Shown piece after piece: positions 29,662 through 41,725 of a stretch of DNA of 64,000 nt (within the stretch, counting starts at the first letter, position 1; each line of letters begins with the position of its first letter). The stretch comes from Gemmatimonadaceae bacterium. GTDB lineage: Bacteria; Gemmatimonadota; Gemmatimonadetes; Gemmatimonadales; Gemmatimonadaceae. The position numbers and the translations under genes were made by a program. The stretch covers positions 1,373,722 to 1,437,721 of the forward strand of contig JBHYGA010000001.1 in assembly GCA_051859245.1 (NCBI GenBank), read 5' to 3'. The notes below the pieces were generated by a model. That model made no database searches. It saw only the letters and a program-made list of their open reading frames with translations, and was not told the DNA's origin.

Positions 29662-29690
29662 TAGACGCGCGACCCCGCAAAACTTGCACA
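29662..29690 (-). promoter_or_regulatory. Putative autoregulatory ECF promoter upstream of the sigma gene
   Basis: Minus strand TGTGCAAGTTTTG-CGGGGTCGC-GCGTCTA. Confidence 0.75.
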
Positions 29691-29723
29691 ACTGGCGCTG
29701 GCTGCGTCCCAATACGGTGCTGC

Positions 29724-30497
29724 CTACGAACCGCCTGCTGTCGTCCCCGGCATGGGGAGACGATCGTCCACCAGGAACTGCGCTCGCTCGAAGACGTGGG
29801 TCTGTCTCGAACGCGTGAGATCACCACGCGTGAAGTCCACGGCGTTGCGCGTTGCGGTACAGTGCCACCGTTCGAAGTGTTGTGGCTGGGCCTGGTGGAA
29901 CACGGCGGGTGTGAATGCGCCGATGTTCACGCCCCCGTCGGCATCTCGAGCCGATTGATACGTGAACATCTCGACCTGAGCCTCGCGCATGGCGCGGCCG
30001 AGCGGCTGCGACGCGTGGTAGGATACCGGCGACGAGATCTCATTGGCGTAGGCAAGGAAGGGCTGTGTGGTCAGCTCGACGGCGCGCGCGCTGCGCATGC
30101 GCACGGTGAAACTTGAGAGCGAGGTGGTCACCGGCTCCAACGCCGCGTGTGTGCCTTCCAGGAACAGCAGTCGGTAGTACGCCACTTCGGCAAAGGCAGT
30201 GCGTTGCTGCAGCGCGCCATACCAGATTCCGCGTTCCTGTCGGGATCCAAAGCGCGAGCCGTAGCGCAGCGGCGGATATCGAAACGGTGTGAAGAGCAGG
30301 TAGTGCACGTTCGCCCCCTCTCGCGCCGGCGGCTTTACCCGCTCGATCAACTCCTCGAGCAACTCCTGTTCGGCCGCTGAGTCGACCAGTTTGCGCGTAG
30401 AGACTTCGTGCTGCGATTCGACCACGCGCCACGCGGCGCACCGCAGCGCGCGGATCTCAGAGTTGCCCGCGCATTGCATCCAGATACTGGACGACAT
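29724..30497 (-). CDS. RES domain toxin (NAD+ phosphorylase family)
   Basis: WRVVE (R), GSRFG, AEVAYY (E), YQSAR (S); downstream of an Xre/MbcA antitoxin. Confidence 0.88.
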   Translation of the reverse strand: MSSSIWMQCAGNSEIRALRCAAWRVVESQHEVSTRKLVDSAAEQELLEELIERVKPPAREGANVHYLLFTPFRYPPLRYGSRFGSRQERGIWYGALQQRTAFAEVAYYRLLFLEGTHAALEPVTTSLSSFTVRMRSARAVELTTQPFLAYANEISSPVSYHASQPLGRAMREAQVEMFTYQSARDADGGVNIGAFTPAVFHQAQPQHFERWHCTATRNAVDFTRGDLTRSRQTHVFERAQFLVDDRLPMPGTTAGGS

Positions 30498-30834
30498 CCA
30501 CCAGTCCCTCGACGGTTCGGATTCGCTCGGCGGGCACGCCGCCGAGATGGTCGTTCATGGACAGGAACCAGCCGCGCGCCTTCGTGTCATCACCGCCCAC
30601 GAGGGCGTCGAGGGAGCGAAAGAGCCGCACGAACATGAGCGCGAGTTCGCCTTCCTTGCTTTCCGGGTCCACGCCGCGACTGTGTTGCATGCGGGAGACG
30701 GAGGCCTCGCTGACACCGATCACGGCGGCAAGCTGGCGGCTCGTCAGTCCGAGGCGCTCAGCGGCTGACCGTGCCGCCTTGGCGACCACCAAGGCAGGGT
30801 TCGGATTGGTGAGAACAGTGGAGACAGAGCGCAT
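30457..30834 (-). CDS. Xre/MbcA/ParS antitoxin
   Basis: HTH LAAVIGVSEASVSR; C-terminal ARGWF..N.HLGGVPAERI...VVQYLDAMRG. Confidence 0.88.
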   Translation of the reverse strand: MRSVSTVLTNPNPALVVAKAARSAAERLGLTSRQLAAVIGVSEASVSRMQHSRGVDPESKEGELALMFVRLFRSLDALVGGDDTKARGWFLSMNDHLGGVPAERIRTVEGLVDVVQYLDAMRGQL

Positions 30835-30841
30835 GATTGAA

Positions 30842-30870
30842 AGAATACGGCACGTTTCTTTCTTGTGCAA
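30842..30870 (-). promoter_or_regulatory. sigma70-like promoter of the Xre-RES operon (probably leaderless)
   Basis: Minus strand TTGCAC-N17-TATTCT, ATG 7 nt downstream. Confidence 0.6.
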
Positions 30871-30904
30871 GCGTTGGGCTACTGTCGGCCGTCTGGAGTG
30901 GGCC

Positions 30905-30933
30905 TTGCACCAGGCCTCCAAGTTGGCTAATCT
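30905..30933 (+). promoter_or_regulatory. sigma70-like promoter of the rpmJ-rpoA operon
   Basis: TTGCAC-N17-TAATCT. Confidence 0.55.
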
Positions 30934-31158
30934 CAAGGTCTTGGCCTGAATCGGCTCCGTTTTGTGCGGGGGCGGTGCAGGCAGTCGTGTCGGCCCGCCG
31001 GCCACTTTTCCCAGCACATGTGCGCGGGATCGTCGTATCTCAACCGGGATACATCAACGATGCATCACATGTGATCCACCGACGAACTTCCGTCTGCAAA
31101 GCGGTTGTTCGCCACGGCGCGTAAGCGTCGGGACGCGCGAGCGTCGAGGGTATTCATC

Positions 31159-31275
31159 GTGAAGGTTCGCAGCAGCGTCAAGCCGATCTGCGAGCACTGC
31201 AAGGTCGTTAAGCGACAGGGCGTGACTCGTATTATCTGCAAGCGCAATCCCAAGCATAAGCAGCGTCAAGGCTAA
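31159..31275 (+). CDS. rpmJ: 50S ribosomal protein L36 (missed by the ORF track)
   Basis: GTG start, [38 protein letters not shown]. Confidence 0.97.
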   Translation: MKVRSSVKPICEHCKVVKRQGVTRIICKRNPKHKQRQG

Positions 31276-31291
31276 GGGGAGCGCTTAACAC

Positions 31292-31669
31292 ATGGCACGT
31301 ATTTCTGGTGTCGATCTCCCGCGCGACAAAAAGGTTGAGATCGGCCTTACCTACATTTTTGGAATCGGCCGCGCCATGGCGCAGCGGATTCTTGCTGCGA
31401 CGGGTGTGGACAGCGCACAGCGCGTTCGCGACCTGTCAGACAGCGACGTCAACAAACTGCGTCAGGAAATCGAGCGCAATCATCGCGTGGAAGGTGCCTT
31501 GCGCACTGAAGTTGCGATGAACGTGAAGCGTCTCATGGACGTGGGCTCATATCGTGGTGGCCGTCACCGTCGCGGGCTTCCCGTGCGTGGTCAGCGTACA
31601 CACACCAACGCGCGCACCAAGAAGGGGCCGCGCCGCGCTATTGCGGGCAAGAAGAAGGTGACCAAGTAA
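31292..31669 (+). CDS. rpsM: 30S ribosomal protein S13
   Basis: [26 protein letters not shown]. Confidence 0.98.
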   Translation: MARISGVDLPRDKKVEIGLTYIFGIGRAMAQRILAATGVDSAQRVRDLSDSDVNKLRQEIERNHRVEGALRTEVAMNVKRLMDVGSYRGGRHRRGLPVRGQRTHTNARTKKGPRRAIAGKKKVTK

Positions 31670-31672
31670 ACC

Positions 31673-32050
31673 ATGGCTACCGCAAAGAAGAGCAAGCGCG
31701 TCGTCGAGGCGGAAGGCATCGCCCACGTCAGCGCCACGTTCAACAACACGACCATCACGATCACGGACATGCATGGCAACGCCGTGTCGTGGGGGTCCGC
31801 CGGCAAGGCCGGATTCAAGGGTTCCAAGAAGTCCACACCGTTTGCCGCCACTGTGGCGGGCGAACAGTGCGCGCGCGAGGCCTTGTCGGCCGGCGTGCGC
31901 CGGGTGCATGTGCGCGTGCAGGGTCCGGGAAGCGGCCGCGAGTCGGCCATCCAGGCGCTGTCCACCGCCGGTCTTCAAGTCAAGTCCATTCGCGACGTCA
32001 CGCCGATTCCGCATAACGGCTGCCGTCCGCCCAAGCGTCGGAGAGTCTGA
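31673..32050 (+). CDS. rpsK: 30S ribosomal protein S11
   Basis: [31 protein letters not shown]. Confidence 0.98.
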   Translation: MATAKKSKRVVEAEGIAHVSATFNNTTITITDMHGNAVSWGSAGKAGFKGSKKSTPFAATVAGEQCAREALSAGVRRVHVRVQGPGSGRESAIQALSTAGLQVKSIRDVTPIPHNGCRPPKRRRV

Positions 32051-32052
32051 TC

Positions 32053-32688
32053 ATGGCACGTTATACAGGCGCGTCGTGCCGTCAGTGCCGTCGCGAAGGC
32101 CAGAAGTTGTTCCTCAAGGGCACCAAGTGCTTCACCGAGAAGTGCCCGGTTGAGCGTCGTCCGTATGCGCCGGGCCAGCATGGTCAGGCCACGGCGCGTC
32201 GCCGCAAGATGTCGGAGTACGCCAAGCAGTTGCGCGAGAAGCAGAAGATCAAGCGCATGTATGGCGTGAGCGAGAAGCAGTTCCGCAACACGTTCGAGAA
32301 GGTGGCCACGTTGCCCGGCATCACCGGTCACAACCTGCTCGCCGCGCTCGAAACGCGTCTCGACAATGTGGTGTACCGCATGGGTTTCGCGCCCAGCCGC
32401 AAGGCCGCGCGTCAGCTCATCCGTCACCGCCACATCGAGGTCAAGCAGCGCAAGCTCGACATCCCGTCGTACCAGGTGCGTCCGGGTGAAGAAGTGCGCG
32501 TGAAGCAGAGCTCACGTGAGCTCGTGCTCGTGCAGGCCGCGATGGAGCAGGCGTCGCGTGGCGCGCCGATGTCGTGGATTGCCGTGGACCGTGAGTCGTT
32601 CAGCGGTCGCGTGTTGGAGAAGCCGATTCGTACGGCGATCCCGATCGCGGCGCAGGAACAGCTCGTCGTCGAACTGTACTCCAAGTAA
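32053..32688 (+). CDS. rpsD: 30S ribosomal protein S4
   Basis: MARYTG, CRQCRREG, LETRLDNVVYR, VVELYSK. Confidence 0.98.
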   Translation: MARYTGASCRQCRREGQKLFLKGTKCFTEKCPVERRPYAPGQHGQATARRRKMSEYAKQLREKQKIKRMYGVSEKQFRNTFEKVATLPGITGHNLLAALETRLDNVVYRMGFAPSRKAARQLIRHRHIEVKQRKLDIPSYQVRPGEEVRVKQSSRELVLVQAAMEQASRGAPMSWIAVDRESFSGRVLEKPIRTAIPIAAQEQLVVELYSK

Positions 32689-32890
32689 GTAGCACCATTG
32701 GCGGGTCGGCTTCGCGCCGGTCCGCCAATGTGGTGTGCGCTCACGCGTACATCGTTGTCCAGCGACACGCGAGTGTCGATGGTCGGGACCCGCACTCCCG
32801 TACGAGCGTGCCACGCGGCGGGGCGAGGCACGGCGTCGCGGTTGCAACGAATGTTGCAATCGTGAGACCAACTTCAGAGACCACACGATT

Positions 32891-33973
32891 ATGTCGAATC
32901 AGATTGACCTGAGCGGATTGGTACGGCCGCAGCTCGTGGAAGCCACGAAGCGCGACGATCAGCCGATGATGGCCGAGTTTCGTCTGCAGCCGCTTGAACG
33001 CGGCTTCGGACACACGTTGGGCAATGCAATGCGTCGTTTGCTGCTCTCATCGCTGCGCGGTTCGGCGGTGTGGGCGTTCCGCATTGATGGGGTGGTGCAC
33101 GAGCACCAGACCATCGCCGGCGTCATTGAAGATGTGCATCAGATTATCGCCAACCTGAAGAATCTCACGTTGGCGTTGCCGGACGATGTGGAATCCACCG
33201 TGGTGCGCCTGAAAAAGGTGGGCCCGGGTGCGGTCACAGCCGCCGACATCGAAGCCACGGGCGGCGTGCGCGTGGTTGGCGCGGCCCATCACCTGTTTAC
33301 GATCACCGACGAGCGCGATCTCTCGGTTGAGCTGTACGTGAACAAGGGACGCGGCTACGTGGAAGCGGAGCAGCATCCGATGGATCGCGCGTTGCCGGTG
33401 GATACGGTGCGCATTGATGCGATTTACAACCCCGTGCGTCGTTGCAACTTCACCGTCGCGGAAACGCGCGTTGGACAGCGCACCGACTACGATCGTCTCA
33501 CCCTCACGGTTGAAACGAACGGCACCATCTCGCCGGAAGAAGCCGTGTCGTACGCGGCCGCGCTGGCGCAGACGCACTTCCAGTACTTCGTGGGCTTTGG
33601 TTCGTCCACGTCGATTTCCATTGGCGCGGCTGATGCCGCGGCCAACAGCGACGCGCTGCGTTTGGCGGAGCTGTTCCGTACCCCGATCGACGACATGGAG
33701 TTGTCCGTTCGCTCGGTTAATTCACTCAAGAACTCGAACATCCGTTCGCTCGGTGACCTCGTGCGTCAGACCGAAGCGCAAATCCTGCAGGTGAAGAACT
33801 TCGGCAAGAAGTCGCTGAACGAAATCGCCGAGCTCCTCGAGCGTCAGGGTTTGAACTTCGGCATGCGGTACGAAGAGTCACCATCGGAAGGCGTTCGCAT
33901 TCTCGATATGGGGACGCCCCCCAGCCGCGCTGCCGAAAACGCGCCGGACGACGAAGAGGAAGACGAGGAGTGA
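32891..33973 (+). CDS. rpoA: RNA polymerase alpha subunit
   Basis: [48 protein letters not shown]. Confidence 0.97.
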   Translation: MSNQIDLSGLVRPQLVEATKRDDQPMMAEFRLQPLERGFGHTLGNAMRRLLLSSLRGSAVWAFRIDGVVHEHQTIAGVIEDVHQIIANLKNLTLALPDDVESTVVRLKKVGPGAVTAADIEATGGVRVVGAAHHLFTITDERDLSVELYVNKGRGYVEAEQHPMDRALPVDTVRIDAIYNPVRRCNFTVAETRVGQRTDYDRLTLTVETNGTISPEEAVSYAAALAQTHFQYFVGFGSSTSISIGAADAAANSDALRLAELFRTPIDDMELSVRSVNSLKNSNIRSLGDLVRQTEAQILQVKNFGKKSLNEIAELLERQGLNFGMRYEESPSEGVRILDMGTPPSRAAENAPDDEEEDEE

Positions 33974-33977
33974 TGTC

Positions 33978-34334
33978 ATGCGCCATCGCAAGGCCCACCG
34001 CCAGCTAAGGCGGACGAGCGAGCAGCGTCTCGCGCTGCTGCGCAATCTTGCCACCTCGCTCATCGAGGTCGGTGCGATTGAAACGACAGAAGCCAAAGCC
34101 AAGGAGCTGCGGCCGTTTGTCGAGAAGCTGATCACCAAGGCCCGGGCCGGCACGCTGCACGCGCGTCGTCTCGCCGGTCGGCACGTGCGCAAGCGCGAGG
34201 CTGCGGACAAGCTCTTCCAGGAGATTGGTCCGAAGTTCGCCACGCGTAACGGCGGCTACACGCGCATTCTCAAGACCGGTCACCGCAAGGGTGACGGTGC
34301 TGAAATGGCGCGTATCGAGCTCATTCTTAACTGA
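33978..34334 (+). CDS. rplQ: 50S ribosomal protein L17
   Basis: [25 protein letters not shown]. Confidence 0.98.
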   Translation: MRHRKAHRQLRRTSEQRLALLRNLATSLIEVGAIETTEAKAKELRPFVEKLITKARAGTLHARRLAGRHVRKREAADKLFQEIGPKFATRNGGYTRILKTGHRKGDGAEMARIELILN

Positions 34335-34345
34335 GGGCCGACATC

Positions 34346-34567
34346 ATGGCCATCAATCGCAGTCGCTGCTGGACGTGTAACAAGGGCGTCGCCCATGGCA
34401 ACACGGTCTCGCACGCCAACAACAAAACGCGTCGCGTCTGGAAGCCGAATCTCCAGGTGATGCGTGTGCAGCACGAAGGCGCGATCATCAAGGTGAAGGT
34501 CTGCACGCGTTGCATGTCGGCCGGCAAGGCTGTGCGTGCGCCGCGCGGTCAGGTCGCTGTCGCGTAA
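34346..34567 (+). CDS. rpmB: 50S ribosomal protein L28
   Basis: CWTC, GNTVSHANNKTRRVWKPNLQ, CTRC. Confidence 0.96.
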   Translation: MAINRSRCWTCNKGVAHGNTVSHANNKTRRVWKPNLQVMRVQHEGAIIKVKVCTRCMSAGKAVRAPRGQVAVA

Positions 34568-34595
34568 TGTGTCGCGCCCCGCGCGCGTGATTTGA

Positions 34596-36647
<2,052 letters not shown>

Positions 36648-36664
<17 letters not shown>

Positions 36665-39600
36665 CCTGCACCGGATTCTCGTGATCGGCTCCGGGCCGAT
36701 TGTTATCGGACAGGCCGCCGAATTTGACTACTCCGGAACGCAAGCACTGAAAGCGCTGCGTGAAGAAGGCTATGAAGTGGTGTTGGTGAACTCAAACCCA
36801 GCCACGATCATGACCGATCCGGAGTTTGCCGATCGCACCTACGTTGAGCCGGTCACGCCGGAGTTCGTGGAGAAGGTGATTGCACGCGAACGTCCCGATG
36901 CGATCCTGCCCACGATGGGTGGACAAACGGCGCTCAACGTCGCGCTCACGCTGTACGACTCGGGTGTACTCGCGAAGTACGGCGTTGAACTCATTGGCGC
37001 GAATGCGCGCGCGATTCGCTTGGCGGAAGATCGTAAGTTGTTCGCCGAAGCGATGACGCGGATTGGGTTGAAGAGTCCGGCCGGTCGCACGGTCACATCG
37101 TTCGACGAAGCGGTGGCGGCGGTCGAGGAGTTCGGTTTCCCGTCGATCATTCGTCCGTCGTTTACGCTCGGTGGTTCGGGCGGTGGCGTCGCGTACAATC
37201 GCGAAGAGTTTGAACAGATTGTGCGCCGCGGCCTTGATATGTCGCCCGTGAATTCTGTGCTCGTCGAGCGCTCGTTGCTCGGCTGGAAAGAGTACGAGCT
37301 GGAACTGATGCGCGATCGCATGGACAACGTGATCATTGTGTGCTCCATCGAAAACTTTGATCCGATGGGCGTGCACACGGGCGACTCGATCACGGTCGCA
37401 CCGGCCATGACGTTGACCGATCGCGAGTATCAGACCATGCGCGACGCCGCAATCGCGATCATTCGCGAGATCGGCGTGGACGCCGGCGGTTGCAACATTC
37501 AGTTCGCGGTGAATCCGGAGAACGGCGATCTGATCGTCATCGAAATGAATCCGCGCGTGTCGCGCTCGTCGGCACTCGCGTCAAAAGCCACCGGATATCC
37601 GATCGCGCGTATCAGCGCGAAGCTTTCCGTGGGCTACACGCTCGATGAGTTGCCGAACGACATTACCAAAACGACGCCCGCATCGTTTGAGCCGGTCCTC
37701 GACTACGTGGTGGTCAAGTGTCCGCGCTTTGCGTTTGAGAAGTTTGTGGCGGCCGACCCGGTACTCACCACGCAGATGAAATCGGTGGGCGAGTCGATGG
37801 CGATTGGTCGTACGTTCAAGGAAGCATTTCAGAAAGCGTTGCGTGCGCTTGAGACGGGCCGTATCGGGTGGCAGGTGGCGGACCGTTTGTCGGACGACCG
37901 ACTCTCCGACGAAAGTGTGGAGTCGCTGCGTCGTGCATTGCGCACACCCACACCGGAGCGCGTGTTTCAACTCAAGCGTGCCATGCGCGCCGGTTTCTCC
38001 GTAAGCGAAGTCGCGTCGCTGTCAGGCATTGATCCGTGGTTCATCTCGCAGCTCGCCGAACTGCTCGAAGCCGAAGACGAGTACGCCGCGCTGCCAGCCG
38101 ATGGTCTCACGGCCGACGCCACTCGGCGCATGAAGCGTTTCGGATTCTCTGATCGGCAGCTGGGCAAACTGCGAAGCGAGAGTGAAACAGACGTGCGCAC
38201 GAGACGCTGGGCGCTTGGTGTGCGCCCAGTGTATCGCATGGTCGACACGTGCGCGGGCGAGTTTCCGTCCACCACGCCGTATCTGTACTCCTGTTACGAC
38301 GAAGCCGACGAAGCGCCAACCTCGGACGGTCGAAAAGTGGTGATTCTTGGCTCCGGTCCGAATCGTATCGGACAGGGCGTGGAGTTTGATTACTGCTGCG
38401 TGCGCGCCGTGCTCGCGCTGCGTGAGCAGGGGTTTGAGACGATCATGATCAACTCGAATCCGGAAACGGTGTCGACAGATTTTGACGTCTCGGACAAACT
38501 GTACTTTGAGCCGCTGTCGTTCGAAGATGTGCTGGAGATTGTCACGCGTGAGCAGCCCGAGGGCGTGATCGTACAGTTGGGAGGTCAGACGCCGCTCAAG
38601 CTTACGCGCGCGCTCGAAGCGGCCGGTGTGCGCATTCTCGGCACCTCGCCAGATGCGATTGACATTGCCGAGGATCGCCGTCGGTTTGAGAAGATCGCGC
38701 GCGAACTTGGCATCGCGCAGCCGCCCAATGGTACAGCGACGTCGGTGGAAGAGGCGGTGGAGATTGCCAATCGCATTGGCTATCCGGTGCTGGTGCGTCC
38801 GTCGTACGTGTTGGGCGGCCGAGCGATGGAAATCGTGTACGATGACGAATCGTTGCGCGATTATTTCGACCGCGCGGCTCGCGTGAGCGAGGACCGTCCG
38901 GTGTTGGTGGATTGCTTCCTCGAAGATGCGTTTGAGGCTGACGTTGATGCGCTCAGCGACGGCACCGATGTTGTGATCGGCGCGGTCATGGAGCACATCG
39001 AAGAGGCGGGTATTCACTCAGGTGACTCGGCGTGTGTGTTGCCTCCGTACCTGATTCCGCCGCACGCGGTGGAGACGATGAAGCAGCATGCGATCGCCAT
39101 GGCCAAGGCACTCGGCGTGGTGGGATTGATGAACGCGCAGTTCGCGTACAAGGACGGTGTGGTGTACGTGATCGAAGTGAATCCGCGCGCTTCCCGCACC
39201 ATTCCGTTTGTGTCCAAGGCGATTGGTGTTCCGCTCGCGTCGGTTGCGGCGCGGCTCATGCTGGGCGAAACGCTGGCACAGGTTGGGCTCACGCACGAAC
39301 TGGTACCCGATTTCTACAGCGTGAAAGAAGCGGTATTTCCGTTCAACAAATTCCGTGAGTCAGATCCCGTACTCGGTCCCGAAATGCGTTCCACGGGCGA
39401 AGTCATGGGTATCGACCGCGACTTTGGCACCGCGTTTCTCAAGTCGCAGCTGGCCGCAGACAATGCATTGCCGCGTGAAGGCGCCGTGTTTCTCACGGTG
39501 AACGACAGCGACAAGCCGGCGGCGGCAGAACTGGCGGCGCGTTTGCACGCGCTGGGATTCAAGCTGTACGCCACTGAGGGTACGGCCGCGTTTCTCGATG

Positions 39601-39917
39601 CGCGCGGTGTGCCGGTCACACGCGTGCTCAAGGTGAACGAAGGGCGTCCGCACGGCGTGGACCTGATTGTGAACGGCGAAGTGCATTTGCTGGTGAACAC
39701 ACCGCTCGGCAAGCACGCGCAGCAGGATGACGAACGTTTGCGCATGGCGGCGTTGGCGAATCGCGTGCCGTACACCACCACGCTGAGTGCGGCGAATGCT
39801 GCGTGTGATGCGATTACTGCGCGTCGCTCGAATGATCCGGGTGTGCGTTCGCTGCAGGAGTGGCACGCTGCACTGCATGGGCGACAAGTGCCGATGCCGT
39901 TGGGAGGCGTCGCGTGA
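36648..39917 (+). CDS. carB: Carbamoyl-phosphate synthase large subunit
   Basis: [24 protein letters not shown], duplicated ATP-grasp domains, MGS domain. Confidence 0.98.
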
Positions 39918-40639
39918 GTAACGGTGGTGCTGCCGGTCCGGCACGCGCGCCATCGGAAACGGTGGTGGTGAGTGCGAACCCGGAACTTGTTGGCACGCCT
40001 GGTGCGGGGCACGTGTCGCGTGGCGTCACGCTCGGTGCCGGTTCCCTGGTGCACGAATCTGCGTATGTGGATGAAGGTGCAGTGATCGGTACGAACTCGC
40101 GTATCTGGCATTTCGCCCACGTCATGGGCGGCGCGGTGATTGGTGACCGGTGTTCGCTCGGCCAGAACGTCGTTGTGATGAACGGCGTGCGCATTGGCGA
40201 CAACTGCAAGATTCAGAACAACGTGTCGTTGTATGAAGGCGTCGAGCTGGCCGACGATGTGTTCTGCGGCCCGTCGATGGTGTTCACGAATGTCATGAAT
40301 CCGCGCAGCGCCGTGTCTCGCAAGTCGGAGTATCGTCGCACCATGGTGCAGCGCGGCGCCTCGATCGGCGCGAATGCCACCATCGTGTGTGGTGTGACGC
40401 TCGGCGAGTACTGTTTTGTTGGCGCGGGCGCGGTGATAACGCGCGACGTGCCGGCGTACGCGTTGATGGCCGGCGTTCCGTCAAAGCAGCTGGGCTGGAT
40501 GTCGCGTGCGGGCCATCGGATGGCGAGTGATGGGGCGGACGCCAGCGCGAGTGACGCCGAATGGCTGCGTTGCCCGGAAACGGGCGAACGATATCATCGC
40601 GTGGGCAATACCGTGACGCTGGTGGAGGCTGCCGCATGA
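39914..40639 (+). CDS. Hexapeptide N-acetyltransferase (WbpD/WlbB-like)
   Basis: [35 protein letters not shown]. Confidence 0.88.
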   Translation: MSNGGAAGPARAPSETVVVSANPELVGTPGAGHVSRGVTLGAGSLVHESAYVDEGAVIGTNSRIWHFAHVMGGAVIGDRCSLGQNVVVMNGVRIGDNCKIQNNVSLYEGVELADDVFCGPSMVFTNVMNPRSAVSRKSEYRRTMVQRGASIGANATIVCGVTLGEYCFVGAGAVITRDVPAYALMAGVPSKQLGWMSRAGHRMASDGADASASDAEWLRCPETGERYHRVGNTVTLVEAAA

Positions 40640-41697
40640 GCACGAGCGGAGCTGCAACGGAGCCGGTGCGCATTGCGCTCGTTGGGTGCGGACGCATCAG
40701 CAAGAACCACTTCGATGCGATCGCGCGTGTTGACGGTTTGACCGTGGTGGCGGTGTGCGACACAGTGTCCGAACGTGCGCAGAGCGCCGGCGAGGCGAAC
40801 AACGTGCCGTGGTTTACGAGCCTTGAGGAGATGCTTGAGCGCGTGCCGTCTGATGCGGTGGTGATCGCCACGCCGTCGGGATTGCATCCGCAGCATGGGA
40901 TCATTGCGGCGCGCGCTGGCCGGCATGTCATCGCCGAGAAGCCGATGGCGATTTCACTGCACGCCGCCGACGCCTTGGTGCAAGCATGTGATGACGCGGG
41001 CGTGCGACTGTTTGTGGTGAAGCAGAATCGGTTGAACCCACCGATTCAACTGCTTAAGCGCGCACTCGACAAGGGACGGTTCGGCCGTTTGTACATGGCC
41101 AACTGCACGGTGCGATGGACACGTCCGCAGGAGTACTACGATCAGGCGCCCTGGCGCGGCACGTGGGAGTTTGATGGCGGGGCGTTCATGAATCAGGCGT
41201 CACACTATGTGGACCTGATCCAGTGGTTGGTCGGGCCCGTGGAGAGCGTGATCGCGAAGACGGCCACGCTGGCCCGCAAGATCGAAGCGGAAGATACGGG
41301 CGCGGCCATCTTGCGTTTCCGCAGTGGTGCGCTCGGCGTCCTTGAAGTCACGATGCTCACGTACCCGCGAAACCTCGAAGGCTCGATCACGCTGCTGGGC
41401 GAAAAGGGATCGGTGCGTATTGGTGGAACTGCCGTCAATCGGGTGGAGCACTGGGAGTTTGCCGACTACGACGACGACGACAAACTGGTGGACACCGCGG
41501 CGCCCAATCCACCAACGGTGTATGGCCACGGTCACGAGGGGTATTATCGGAACGTGCTGGCGGTGTTGCGTGGCGAAGCGCAGCCCGACACGGACGGACG
41601 CAGTGGCCGCAAGTCGCTTGAACTGATTCTTGGTATTTATGAGTCGGCCCGTACTGGCCGCGAAGTGCCGCTGCCGCTGCGCAGTGGCGTCGCCTGA
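40636..41697 (+). CDS. Gfo/Idh/MocA oxidoreductase (WbpB/WlbA-like UDP-GlcNAcA 3-dehydrogenase)
   Basis: VGCGRIS, EKPMA, KQNR, WRGTW, NQASHYVD. Confidence 0.88.
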   Translation: MSTSGAATEPVRIALVGCGRISKNHFDAIARVDGLTVVAVCDTVSERAQSAGEANNVPWFTSLEEMLERVPSDAVVIATPSGLHPQHGIIAARAGRHVIAEKPMAISLHAADALVQACDDAGVRLFVVKQNRLNPPIQLLKRALDKGRFGRLYMANCTVRWTRPQEYYDQAPWRGTWEFDGGAFMNQASHYVDLIQWLVGPVESVIAKTATLARKIEAEDTGAAILRFRSGALGVLEVTMLTYPRNLEGSITLLGEKGSVRIGGTAVNRVEHWEFADYDDDDKLVDTAAPNPPTVYGHGHEGYYRNVLAVLRGEAQPDTDGRSGRKSLELILGIYESARTGREVPLPLRSGVA

Positions 41698-41725
41698 GTT
41701 TTCTTTCACTTTACCGACCGTTCCG

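Noticed and set aside
30962..31162. Small ORF upstream of rpmJ as infA or a leader peptide
   Set aside because: No IF-1 similarity, weak TTG start and unconvincing composition
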